From NCBI RefSeq assembly GCF_006345805.1, contig NC_043009.1, positions 62,744,001-62,808,000 of the forward strand: a stretch of DNA of 64,000 nt, in the 5' to 3' direction. Within the stretch, counting starts at the first letter, position 1; each line of letters opens with the position of its first letter. The position numbers and the translations under genes are program-made. The notes beneath the pieces are model-generated. The model did not search any database, was not told where the DNA came from, and saw nothing but the letters and a program-made list of their open reading frames with translations. The stretch is from Octopus sinensis. Its lineage: Eukaryota. Positions 48,336-64,000 of this stretch are shown piece by piece.

Positions 48336-51138
48336 GGGAAAACTCATTTAAATAGAAGACTTGGGAACCACTGGACTAGAAGTTTATATCTATTTGTACA
48401 TCTAGGGTTGTCATAGTGGCCATCCTTGTAGACCAGTTGCCTTCATTGTGGATGAATATATTAATCTGCTATATAATATATACAGCCTAAATGGATATAT
48501 GCAAGCACAGCGGTGTGGCTAAAAGGTTTGCTTTTTGCCTTGGTTTTGAGTTCACTCCTGTGTGGTACCTTGGGCAAGTGTCTTCTACCATTGCATTGTG
48601 AGATGATTTGGTTGATGGAAACTGAAAGAAGCCTGTCGTGTATATACGTATGCGCATGTCTCCTTGTCTTGACATTGCATGGTAGTTGTAAAACCAATTG
48701 CAGAACTCAATTTTCAGTCTGCTTCATTGTAAAATGAGACCGTAGTCAGTCTTTAAACACATTTCATCTTAAAAAATTGCATAACACAGTCATGGGTGTG
48801 TGGTAAGAAGCTTGCTTTCCAACCACACGGTTCTAGGTTCAGTCCCGTTGCATGGCACCTTGGTCAAGTGTCTTCTACTGTAGTCTCTGGTCGGCCAAAC
48901 GCCTTGTAAGTTGAATTGGTAGACAGAAACTGAAAGAAGTCTGTCGTATGTATTCTTATACTTGTTTCAGTCATTCGACTGCGGGGAGCCATGCTGGAGC
49001 ACTGCTAATAATATTCAAGTACACAATATCTGGACCTTTGATTTTAATAAGAAACGGTAAGGAAGTCAAGGGAGAACTGTGCTGCAGATATTCAAAGGAA
49101 CCCCTCATCTCCACACCTGCAAGCTCCTTGAGTCCTTAGATTTTAAGGGGCCAAGTAGCATCCAGGTCACGACTCCTGGATACTCTCTATTTGCATTGCA
49201 ACCAACACCACAAGTGATTAAGGTACCTCAGAGCCAAAGCACCCTTGGGTGTTGTCACCAGTTCAGTCTAACACTGTATGGTAGGTGAATTATGTCTTCT
49301 GAATTTCACTTACAGCTTCTGCCGTACTTTGAGCTCTGGGTATCTTTCTCCCCCAAATTGAGAGCTACTTTTCTGGGATTAACTGTAGACTTGCCCACAA
49401 ACCTTCTCACACCCTGGTTTGGAAGCCAGATTCTCTCTGATTACTAAACTGCCATATTTCTCAACCTAGTAGATGTGAACTTCCACTATTCTGATTTCAT
49501 ATGGAAGCAAGTTCACTCTGAATCACAATGTCTCAGTGTTGTTGATGATGTCAGAGTGATAACCCCTCCCCCACTTCCATTCAGTAGACCGTCTCCATTG
49601 ATCTGTTCTGGGCCATCGACTTTGAAAATAACATCTGATTATAATTCTTTCTGCTATAGGCACAAGGGGTCCGAAATTGGGGGTGGGGTGGGGGCTAGCC
49701 AATTACACCAAACCCAGTGCTCAGCTGGTATTTGTTTTATACCTCAAAAGCAGAGTCAACCATGCTAGAATTTGTGTACAGAAGAAAAAGACGGATGAAA
49801 TGTTGCTCATCATTTTGTTTGATGTGATAACGATTCTGCCAGCTCAACTTTTTATCTCTGATTACAATGAATGTATGTACACACAAATACCACTTTTATT
49901 TGCTTGTAAGGCAGTGAGCTGGTAGAAATGTTAGCATGCTGAGCAAAATACTTACCGGTATTTCGTCTGTCGCTATGCTCTGAGTTCAAATTCTGCCACG
50001 GTCAACTTTGCCTTTCATCCTTATGGGGTCAATAAATTAAGTATCAGTTGTGGACTGTGATTGATCTAATTGACTGGCTCCCTCTCCACAAATTTCAGGC
50101 CCTGTGCTTAGAGTAGAAAAGAAACATGAGCACACCGGGTGAAATGCTTAGCCGTATTTTGTTTGCTGTTATATTCTGAGTTCAAATTCCGCCAAGGTCG
50201 ACTTTGCCTTTCATCCTTTCAGGGTTGATAAATTAAGTACCAGTAGCATACTGAGGTCAATCTAATCAACTGGCTCCCTCCCCCAAAATTTCAAGGCCGT
50301 GCCTAGAGTAGAAAAGAATCTGCTTGTATCTCAACTTCTAATACCAACAATTCCATCTCCATACAAATACCATCGCACTATATTCCAGTGCACTTCACTG
50401 GCCAGATCCAGCCTTACACCTACCATTACAATATCACTCTGAAAATGAGCAATCACATCATCAAAATCTTGAAATTAAAAGATAATGCATGATTCATTTG
50501 AAACTGAATAAATAAAACATTACATTTGACAAAGTAATCATCATCATCGTTTAACATCCGTTTTCCATGCTGGCATGGGTTGGATGGTTCAACCGGGGTC
50601 TTGGAAGCCAGGTGTCTGCACCAGGCCCCAATCTGATCTGGCAGTGTATCTACAGCTTGATGCCCTTCCTAATGTCAACTACTCTGAGAGTGTAGTGGGT
50701 TCTTTTCATGTGCCACTGGCATGGGGGCCAGACAAAGCTGGCATCGACCACGATTGGATGGTGCTTTTTATGTGTTACCAGCATAGAGATTCCAAAGCAT
50801 AAAACAGATAAATCTGTCGTATATATTCTTATACTTGTCAGCCATTTGACTGTGGGTAGCTATGGTGGAGCACTGCCTTTAGTTAAACAAATCAACTCCA
50901 GGACTTATTCTTTGTAAGTCTAGTAGTCTATCAGTCTCTCGTGCCAATCCACTAAGTCACAGGGACATAAACGTACCAACATTGGTTATGAAGCGATGGT
51001 GGGAAGACAAGACACACTTGCAGTTTCCGTCTACCAAATCCACTCATGTCTTTAATTGGCTATAGTAGAAGACACTTGCCCTAGGTGCCATGCAGTGGGA
51101 TTGAACCTGGAACCATGTGGTTGAGAAGCAAGCTTCTT

Positions 51139-52691
51139 TATTTCAATTCATTTAATTGGCTATAAAAGCCTTACACAGAGGTAGTAGCTGCAGGCTGGAC
51201 ACAGACACAATGATGATGGAATGAAAGAAATGGTTGGTGGGAGAAGCAAACAACACCTGCTGACTGTTGCATTCTTGAAAACATTGTTCTCCTTTTTTTT
51301 AACAACAAAACAAAATGAGGTGCTGAACCTCTTACCTTACAAATTGAGGCACTAAGACTTCTTATCTTTCCTCTTCGACCAGGCTATATGCCTCCCGCAG
51401 GCAATCCTGCAGTTCCAAGTTGGGGCTCCAGAAGGGAAACCTGTATTGGTTCTTGGGAAAGGAGTCCATTACATTGAACATTTCCTCTGTTATGACTGCC
51501 GCAGTTAAATGGAGGCTAATCTGGGTCTTCAGTTCTTGACAGGGCCCCCTCCCTCTGGCCCTCTAGCTTCATCAGAAAGCTCTGTACTGCCCCTCCCTTA
51601 TGAAAGAATATCACAAAATCCTCCCTCATCACACTGGGTGGGGCCACAGTTTCCTCCGTCAGTGGTACAATTCCCACTGATGTGGTTTCAGGACATGCCG
51701 GCAATTTCCCATTCTTCGTTTTTTTCATCCCTTATGTTATGTGAGGGTGCCATTCCTCAACTTTATCCGGAGGATCTTCCCTCCCACAGCTTTGGGGTCT
51801 TTCAGTGGGCAACCATTGTTGCCCAGCTTCTTCCTTTTTTCTAGGTGGGGCACTACTTTTATTAAGTGCTGAAGAACTCTACTTTGGTCCTGGGGACAGT
51901 ACTTTATATGGCCCAATTCCAGGCACAGGTGACACTTGGGATGCCGTCCCTCAATTATCACTGGGTACCTGCAACCTCCATTTTCAGAAAATCTGGAAAT
52001 ACCAGATCTTTAGCGGCTGACTGGGTCCATAGGGTCCAAACTGCTTTTGACCCCACCCAATCAGCTGCCGGCAAGAATTTCACATGTAAAAGCTTGGGCC
52101 TGCTGCCACCCAGATCCCGGCGGATAGTATCCTCTGTCCATTCTAGTTCAATGCCTGGTGGCAGCCCATAGACCCAAGCTCTTGTCAATTTCTTCCCACA
52201 ATATGTGGGAAGAAACAGAATCATTTTCTTTGCCATGCTTTGAAAAGATCAGAAAAAACAAAAGTCAAAAGACAGTTTGAAGGAAGACAAAGCAGAGCAG
52301 AAAGACAGGAAGAGAAAAACACAATTCCGGCCACCTGGTACTCCAAAAATTAAACAGGATCACAGCAGCAGGAACATAACTTCAAAAAACTCTGCCAGAA
52401 AGTGGTAGATTTTTTTATCAAAAAAATTTCACAATTTTTGGAGGCAGGATATGGCCCCCAAAACAACACAATTCTCACAATTACAGTGCAACTATAGGTA
52501 GACAAATGCCTTGGAACTCAGTAGGGATTTCTTGTTCGAAAGAAAAACAGACAACAACAAACCCCCATAGAATCCCCTGAAAACAAATGTCTTACTTTAT
52601 AGTTGCACCTTCAAAGTTCTTCAATTCAAGAGCACTCCAACGCAATGTCTTGACAATACCAAAGCAGAAGTAAAAACTAACACGCGTGCAT
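51139..52691 (-). mobile_element. ORF1/gag-like-only retroelement, frameshifted, nested in a family B SINE
   Basis: 9-bp direct repeat AAGCTTCTT at 51130-51138 and 52692-52700, with SINE halves outside. ORF MAKKMILFLPTYCGKKLTRAWVYGLPPG..., then frameshift to IIEGRHPKCHLCLELGHIKYCP (zinc-knuckle-like). No EN/RT motifs seen. Confidence 0.7.
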
Positions 52692-52722
52692 AAGCTTCTT
52701 ACCACACAACCACTCCTGCACC

Positions 52723-52753
<31 letters not shown>

Positions 52754-54710
52754 TTACATTCCTGTAAACCTGGTAGTTTGCCAAAAGAAACTGATAAAAT
52801 AAATGCCAGATTTTTTTTTCAACTAAAAATCAAGGCAGTGCCCCAGCATGGCCATAGTCTAATGACTGAAACAAGTTCAATGTTTTTAGTGGGACAACAA
52901 ACAAAAAGAGAACACTACTAAATTGCTTGTAGAGACAATCAAACAAGAATTATACCAAGAATGGTTTGCTTTTTTGTTTTGTGGTAGAGATATGAGAATA
53001 GTTGAAAGGAAAGCAGAAAGTTTGAGTAGCAAGCGGTCATGGTGGTAGCGTTGGTACTGAGACAGAGGGGGAAAACTTATATTTAATGAGTGTGTTTCAT
53101 GCTAGTTCGACTAGAACTGCAGCAGGTGCCTAGCTGTTTAATCACATAAGAGCAGGTGTGGCTTGTGTTCAGCCCCAGTGTCTCTCTTTTCCTTGAGACA
53201 TCATCACACATGATGCTCTTTGTTTCCAATCTTCTGTAAAATGTCTCATTATGAAGTATTACCTTGGTGGGGGTTGCATGGCTCAGTGGTTATGGTATTG
53301 GACTTAATGACTGCAATGGTGGTTTCAATTCCTGGACCAGTCTTTGCATAATGTTCTTGAATACATTTCATGTTGCTCCAACCCACTCAGCTGGTAAAAA
53401 CAAGTAATTCCACAAGGGATAGGTATCCTGCCCAGGGAGGAATATATAGGCCAGAGAAATCTGGTCCTATGCTCCCTACAGATTGTGGACTAGCCATTAC
53501 TCTGAAATGGGTGAGAGTTGATAACAAAAATGGCATCCAACCATAGAAAATCCACTTTAACAAATACAGTTCTGACCCCTTCAAACAGAAATGGATATAA
53601 AAAAAAAACAGGACAATATAAGGATTCATTTAGTGAGAATAGTTGTAGTGGGGTTGGCTAGAATTGGCCAACCCATGGCAGCATGGATAACAGACGTTAA
53701 ATGATAAATATGATAGTGAAAATAAATACAAGACTTTATATTTAGAAAGCACCCTGGAAGATATCACTTAATGTCCGTTTTCCATACTATCATGGATTGG
53801 AGAGTCTGACAAATGTCCATACTACAACTATCTCGTGCCATGGTTTCTACAGTTGGGTAGAAGTGCATTTCCTGTGGATGTAATTGTTATCTGGTAGACA
53901 ACAACGATAACCTAGACACTATCTGCATGAATTTCAATATTTATAGCTTCAATAAAGCTTTTGTTTTGTTATCAAGTCAAATATGAAAACCTTGAAAAGT
54001 CAGCTGATGCTTCCATTCATCCATGTTTTCCACCTCTATTGGAAGTAGTGACCCAACCCGAAGACTCCCTGATCTCTGAGCCACACACCATCGATTAACC
54101 AGACTCTAGTGATTCTTTGCAGGAACCCTATTTTGGCTGCTTGTATTCAAAATCGTACTCTTTCGGTCATTGCCCAGTGACCATAAGAAGTGTGAAAACC
54201 TAGTATTGGCAATGCATCAGGAAACCATGAGTCAAAGATGAAGAGAGACTGCAGGCCAGCAAATTAGGATGGGAGAGTCAGAGAGCAAGGGAGTGAAATA
54301 GGGAATTAAGACGAAGAACACCCTAAACAATGAATGAAGAAACCAACCCTCCAGTAGTTGATCCAAAGTCGTTTCTAACAAACACTGGTGGCACATGGAC
54401 TTACAATGATCAAGGGAATATTAATGCCATTGTGCAATTTGAAATTCTCAGTGCATTAAATCATGCAAGCTATTTCAGCAGTTCTTGGTTGATGCACCAA
54501 AGTTTGAAGAATGTCACCATTTTATAAGAAACAACAACTGAACTGAAAACTGGTCTTCTTTCAACAGCCCCATCAATCACTCAAACACCATCTACTGTAG
54601 CCCCTGGTCAACCATTGTTTTGTTATCCAGTGTTGGTTTGTTTTCATTCCTGTAACTTAGCAGTTCTGCATAATAGACCGATCGGAAAAGTACCAAACTT
54701 AAAATATATA

Positions 54711-55113
54711 GGCGCAGGAGTGGCTGTGTGGTAAGTAGCTTCTTTACCAACCACATGGTTCCAGGTTCAGTCCCACTGCGTGGCACCTTGGGCAAGTGTT
54801 TTCTACTATAGCCTCAGGCCGACCAAAGCCTTGTGAGTGGATTTGGTAGACGGAAACTGAAAGAAGCCCGTCATATATATGTGTATATATATATATATAT
54901 ATGCGTGTGTGTTTGTCCCCCTAGCATTGCTTGACAACCGATGCTGGTGTTTATGTCCCCGTTACTTAGCGGTTCGGCAAAACAGACCGATAGAATAAGT
55001 ACTGGGCTTACAAAAGAATAAGTCCTGGGGTCGAGTTGCTCGATTAAAGGCGGTGCTCCAGCATGGCCACAGTCAAATGACTGAAACAAGTAAAAGAGTA
55101 AAAGAAAGAGAGT
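54711..55113 (+). mobile_element. Family B SINE, full length, just past the RPS3 3' end
   Basis: Near-consensus head, body and tail. Confidence 0.9.
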
Positions 55114-55189
55114 ATGATATAGAGCCAAGAGGAAAAAACAAAAGTTCAATGACATGGAATTGTCACACAAACAACAGAAGACATTTCAA

Positions 55190-55239
55190 ACTCTTCCAAA
55201 TCGTTTATTTGTCCACAAAATCAGCTTATTAGAGCCCAC
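55190..55239 (-). other. RPS3: RPS3 non-coding terminal exon with AATAAA (55209-55204)
   Basis: Donor AA|GTCAGT 2 nt after the stop (intron 55339-55240); acceptor TATTTCTTGTCTCTTCCAG|G; AATAAA about 30 nt into the exon. Confidence 0.75.
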
Positions 55240-55341
55240 CTGGAAGAGACAAGAAATACACATGAGTCACAATATTGTAATGAATGTCAGAAAATACAAA
55301 TGAGAAGATAAAAGTAAAGAAGGAAATGAAGAGACTGACTT

Positions 55342-59040
<3,699 letters not shown>

Positions 59041-59092
59041 CTTTAATGTAAAGACTAAAAAGACTTAGCCTCGCATTGAATGTCACTTCCTG
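59041..59092 (-). promoter_or_regulatory. RPS3 TCT initiator/5'TOP and ETS/GABP-like site
   Basis: Minus strand CAGGAAGTG (59092-59084), then GT-CTTTTT-AGTCTTT with putative +1 C at 59062, 22 nt before the ATG. Confidence 0.6.
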
Positions 59093-59704
59093 TTTGTCGA
59101 AATTTATTTATCAAACAATAAATAATTTAAATTCGTGAATTTTATTTTAGAATTAATTTCAAATTGTTTATAAAATAAAAAGAAGTATGAAATATTATTT
59201 TAATTAACATTTTTATTTGTTCTGCAAGTTTTATTATAATACAGTTCCGGTTCATGTCAAAGTTCAAACGATATAAATATTGTTGATGGCGATTTGGCGA
59301 AGCAAATGTTTTCGTTTGAATGTACGGCTTTCATGGCCAATTTTATGAATCTTATCGACACAGATAGCAATATGGACCACATGACGGAGATGTAAACGGA
59401 ACCCTTAAGAATTTCTACCGATTCCTTTTATATATATCAAGAATGGTTATTTTCCTGATTCCAGCACCGTCTTATATTCTTCTTTATATTTCCTAATACT
59501 TTTGATCTTCGCGAAATTCAGTCGCAGGTTTCTCGATTCAAAGCTTTTCTTCTATGCCTGCAGTTCCAACTACATCATTCTTTCTGAATATTCATAAGAA
59601 TTTGAAATCTAAATAAAATTGGTTTACTCTGAAATTATTCTTTTACTATTTTTTATTTGGAATCTCAAACCAAGTCTTGTGATTCAACTTTAAATTATGC
59701 ACAA

Positions 59705-61070
59705 ATTTCACTACGCAACTGATGAAGCACTATCAGTGATTCAAGAAAAACTAGTGGCGGACACCTCTCTTAAAGAACACACCAGTATACCAATAGGAAA
59801 CTTGATAGAAATGTAGACCTACTGTGTAGAAACTTCTGAGTAGATACTGATATTTATCGACAGGACGAGGGTTTAGCTATGGGTCCATGATTATCACCAA
59901 GAATAGCCAATATATACATGGAATACTTTGAGAATTTGGCTTTAGGATCAACACCACTAAAGCCAACCCTTTGGCTTCAATATGTTGATGACACCTTTAT
60001 ATTCTGGCCCTACCAGGAAGATGTCCAAGTACTGCTAGATCATATGAACTCAATAAAGCCATCCATGCAGTTCACAATGGAAAAGACAAACAACTAGCAT
60101 TCCTGGATGTATTAATAACATGCACTAAGCATGGGTTCAGGACATCCATAAACCAGAAGCCAACCTTCACTGCAAGATACCTCAACTTCAATTCCCACTA
60201 TCCATACAGTATAAAGAGAGGGATTGCTCAGTGCCTAAAACATCGATCAAAGAATGTAAGTAGCAATCCTGACACACACTACAAAGAAATGATCAAGCTA
60301 AGTAACAATCTATTAAGCAACAACTACCCAAAAATCATACTATTCATTCCAATTAGGAAGAGAAGAGAGGATGAAACCCATAAAGTGACCACAGTCTATC
60401 TACCCTATGTGAAAGGCCTCTTGAAATCTTTATCCTTAGCTGCAATATTTTAAGTAAAAATGTTCTTGTTCTGTACTTTACAAGATGTAATAACTTGTCT
60501 TGTACTTATCCAGGTTTATAATCTTTAGAATATTATTTCTCTTGCTTGCATTTTTCCATGTAATCTTCAATGCTTGGATAGTTCAATAGAAGTAGTTGAA
60601 AGCTTTTATTACCTAGGAGATGTAATTAGCATGGAAGGGGGTTTGCCTGAAAATATAGTAACCAAAGATACAAAAGATATGCGGTCCATATGACAGGGCA
60701 GTATTCGAGAGTAATACAACACTTTGCAAATATCTCCTTCGAGTAAAACCACCAACAGAAGAGAAAATGAGCAAAGACCGCATGTACTTCATCCCAAGCA
60801 GTTTGTGGTAGGTCATATAAAAGGCAAAACATGCTGTCCCCTCAAAGTAAGGGTAGAAGAACATTGTAAAGCCGTGACATGACAGGATAATGAAAAATCA
60901 GGTATAGCTGATCATGCAAAGAAAAACAGAGACCACCTCCATCAGTGGGATTGAAGTTAAAATAATGGACAGAGAACCCACTGAAAATATGAAAACTAAA
61001 AAAAGAGGCAGCACATATGCTAGGATATGATAACCTCCTCAGCAGACCTTGTGCAGATATGAGTAGAATA
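59705..61070 (+). mobile_element. Degenerate Penelope-like element (RT + GIY-YIG), with an RTE-like fragment near 60590-60660
   Basis: YRQDEGLAMG, ANIYMEYFE, LWLQYVDDTF (59981-59992), LAFLDV, YLNFNSHYP; downstream MYFIP..CGRSY.GKT..PLKVRVEEH..KSGIADHA..WD..KIMDRE. Many stops and frameshifts. Confidence 0.85.
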
Positions 61071-61394
61071 TGGGAACTGGTATTAAGGAAAATATGAAAA
61101 TAATGGGTTTATAGGCCCCAAAATTCACTTTAATTGTCCATGGGTAAGATTCCAGGTTCAATCCATGCCAGTGACTTGAAGGTACCATCATTTTGTTAAA
61201 ATATTGACACACTAGAATACTTAAAAAAAATGAAAGCCAGAAGTACCAATATAGCTTAAGTTTTATGCAAAGTAGAATAGTATATATGGTAGGCAAATTT
61301 ATTATGTAAAAACTAGTCATTGGGTCAAGACTAAAAATGTGAAGACTTAGCAATAACTTAGGCAATAACTCAAACAAATTACAATAGCATCAGC

Positions 61395-61565
61395 ATAAAA
61401 TACCTTAGGAATGAGAACAGAGTACCCCATTAGTCAAGTAAAGGATTGGGTTTGAAATTCTACCAGGGCACCTGATGATGGCTGGAGAGTACATCAGCCA
61501 AAATGTAGTGGTAACAACAGACAAGGTGAAGACATCTATCCTTCCAATGTAAATAATGTAAATAG
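61395..61565 (+). mobile_element. Second copy of the family G body with hammerhead-like motif; no tRNA head
   Basis: AAATACCTTAGGAATGAGAAC...CAC-CTGATGA-TGGCTG..CAGCC-AAAATGTA-GTG (61469-61510)...ATGTAAATAATGTA. Confidence 0.65.
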
Positions 61566-62169
61566 GAAAAGGTTCAAGAAGGTACTATTGCTGTTGCCAA
61601 CAGAATGAAGGCTAGATTGTATGATGCTCATGTTAGTATTGTAGTGAGATATGGCTCTTGGCTACAGAAAACTTGAGATGCCTGCAAAAAAAAATGAATC
61701 TTGCAGGCTCCACAGGGTGTGTAATGTCAGTGTGCAAGTGAGACTAAGTGTACACCTTGGTGCAGCCAGTCTTTGGGGTGCCACTGTAGACACTTTTACA
61801 GTGACCAATTACTGTTGGACATTGTTCTCTGTCATGTGTAGCAGGATCACAGGGTTGTGACCTGTCCTGTCCTCTTTCACCCTTCCTCAACTGTACCCTG
61901 AATGATGGTTTTGGACAGAGTTGTGGCAGGATACATGACCATACCTGCACCAGAAGTGGTGCCTGTCTGCTAACACATTTACTACCTTCTTGCCTTATAA
62001 AGCACTTTCTCCACAAAATGGATATATCATTCCATTCATTTCCAAATAGAATAGAGCACCAGATGACGAAAATGTATCACATTTTCACTTTTAACGTAAA
62101 AATGAAAGTAAACTATCCATAAATTAATCGTAGAGAAAGACATATCGAAATGACACCTTTCAGAAAATA

Positions 62170-62557
62170 CAGTGGGTAGCAAAAGTATTTAACACATTGG
62201 TTTTTCATAAATTTCACAATAAAAAATCGTTCAAGTTGAATGATACTTCAAATATTTTAATGAACATTGTCTAACTAAATATAGAGGAAAAGTTATGGAA
62301 AAAGTTGAAGTTGAGAGTACACGCAAGAGATCAAAAAAATATCAAGGAACTGGAGAAACTCTGTGAAGAAGAATGGGTGAAACTGCCAAAATCTACATGC
62401 AAGAAGCTCGTTGAAAACTACAGAAAACGACTAGAGGCTGCACACAGTCAAATTCGAAATTTGACAATAAAAGTACACAAAAACATTATTTCCTCTATGT
62501 TTAGTTAGACAATGTTCATTAAAATATTTGTAGTATCATTCAAATTGAACGATTTTT
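62170..62557 (+). mobile_element. Internally deleted Tc1-like transposon
   Basis: TA|CAGTGGGTAGCAAAAGTATTT terminus; about 70-bp inverted repeat 62221-62290 / 62489-62557; LRVHARDQKNIKELEKLCEEEWVKLPKSTCKKLVENYRKRLEA matches the Tc1 transposase C-terminus. Confidence 0.82.
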
Positions 62558-62721
62558 ATAAGAAAAAAAGAACCATGTATTAAATACGTGAGAAATGAAA
62601 TTATTTGTTTAGACACTATCAATTGAAAAATGTTACGAACTTTTGTCCCAACCCAATACATTATCGAATATTATCTTCTAACGCGCACTTGTTTCGGCAG
62701 CACGTATACCGTAATTATATT

Positions 62722-62950
62722 ATATGTTTCTTTACTACCCACAATGGGCTAAACATAGAGGGGACAAACAAGAACAGACAAACGGATTAAGTCGATTACA
62801 TCGACCTCAGTGCGTAACTGGTACTTAATTTATCGTCCCCGAAAGGATGAAAGGCAAAGTCGACCTCGGCGGAATTTGAGCTCAGAACGTAACAGCAGAC
62901 GAAATACGGCAACGCATTTCACCCGGTGTGCTAACGGTTCTGCCAGCTCG
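62722..62950 (-). mobile_element. Family C SINE, young-looking
   Basis: Near-consensus head, core and tail. Confidence 0.85.
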
Positions 62951-63769
62951 GGCTGGAACATCGCTGCTGTAGTTGTTCAACCCAAGTAAAGCCACGATTG
63001 ACGAAGAACAACGATGTTCTATTAACATTTCATTGTCATTTATTATTTTTTCTTTTATCACCCAAAAGCGCTGGTTAAATGGTACGTTTTATCGGAATGG
63101 CTACGAAACCGTGGTTCGCAATAGATCTCCAAGTCTATTCATTTGTTTCCTTTATTTAATAGTAATTAATGTCACTTGACAGGTTCTCCTCTTTCGTCGA
63201 GCAATCCACCCGTAACCATCTCCGTGGATGATCTTCTCATTCTGTTAGTCGACTGTCAACGATACATAAAAGAAACAGTAGACGTGAGTATTTTATCATG
63301 CTTAAACTATTTAAAATATTTCCAAAACAGATTTTCGGAATACTTCTTCGTGAATGGAAAGAGCAAAAGACAAGAATACTAATTGAAAAGTCTCCCAATT
63401 CTTGGAATTACGACACAGAAAAAAAAAAAAAAAATTTATCCAAAGATTTCAGAGTTCTTTTTTTTTTCTAATAATTCTTCCCCTAATTGTGTGTCCTTTT
63501 CTTTCCCGATCGCTAATCATACTGATTGCTATTTCGATTGCTAATATATTTAATTGATATTTCGAAACTCAGCCATTTTCAATATTTCACCGAATACAAT
63601 TACTCCCTATTGCTTTTCTATATATCGAGTATGGTTATTTCTCTGATTGCAGCACTATCTTGTCTTCTTTATATTTACTAAATCCAGCTGGAGGTTTCTC
63701 GATTCAAAGCTTTGCATCTATGCATGCAATTTCTTTTCTAATTCTACTATAGATTCTGCAATAAGAAAT

Positions 63770-64000
63770 CTGTGAACAATTTTAATGAGATCACACGAGC
63801 AGGTGGTCTTGAACTGTGTAATGGCTTGAAGGACCATAATGGATAAAATGGATTTGAGGTGACTGAGTCTTGATGCAATCCCATATTCTCACTGAATTCA
63901 TAGCTATACTCTTTATTAACTCTCACTTTGCTGACAGCACCTCTGTACATGGCTCTCACAAAGCATCATTCATTTACCCCAAACTTAGAGACCACCAAAT
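63770..64000 (-). mobile_element. RTE LINE reverse transcriptase fragment
   Basis: RAMYRGAVSKVRVNKEYSYEFSENMGLHQDSV resembles RTE RT preceding the GxxQGS motif; frameshifted. An RTE C-terminal fragment also lies near 37330-37500 (-). Confidence 0.65.

Noticed and set aside
49130-49660. Possible RNase H-like retroelement remnant (VDG..GGGV..SELAS)
   Set aside because: Too degenerate to call by eye; would need an HMM search.

Overview
AT-rich, repeat-dense animal genomic DNA, most likely octopus/coleoid cephalopod (inferred from the SINE/LINE complement, microsatellite load and protein sequences). It holds two convergent spliced genes. (1) On +, a 5'-incomplete ATRX: I reconstruct 30 GT-AG coding exons from 1345 to 44208 (7044 nt, phase-consistent, about 2347 aa). 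It has an ADD domain, a 2448-nt low-complexity exon carrying a DAXX-binding-like motif, a SNF2 ATPase/helicase and a Q/M-rich tail, followed by about 2.3 kb of probable 3'UTR. (2) On -, a complete RPS3: 5 coding exons, 241 aa, a TCT/TOP start, and an intron 2 nt after the stop codon. Introns and intergenic DNA carry three or four tRNA-headed SINE families, many 5'-truncated RTE LINE tails, piggyBac and Tc1/mariner MITEs, a Helitron, mariner/Tc1/Penelope fossils and microsatellites. Most unusual observations: a TIR-bounded element joining a tRNA-like Pol III head to a minimal hammerhead-ribozyme-like motif, with a second copy of that motif beside a Penelope fossil; an ORF1-only retroelement inserted with a 9-bp TSD into the tRNA head of a SINE; candidate structured ncRNAs in RPS3 introns; and Gln/Pro substitutions next to the uS3 mRNA-entry arginines. 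All coordinates were read by hand. Comparisons to other species are from memory and were not searched.
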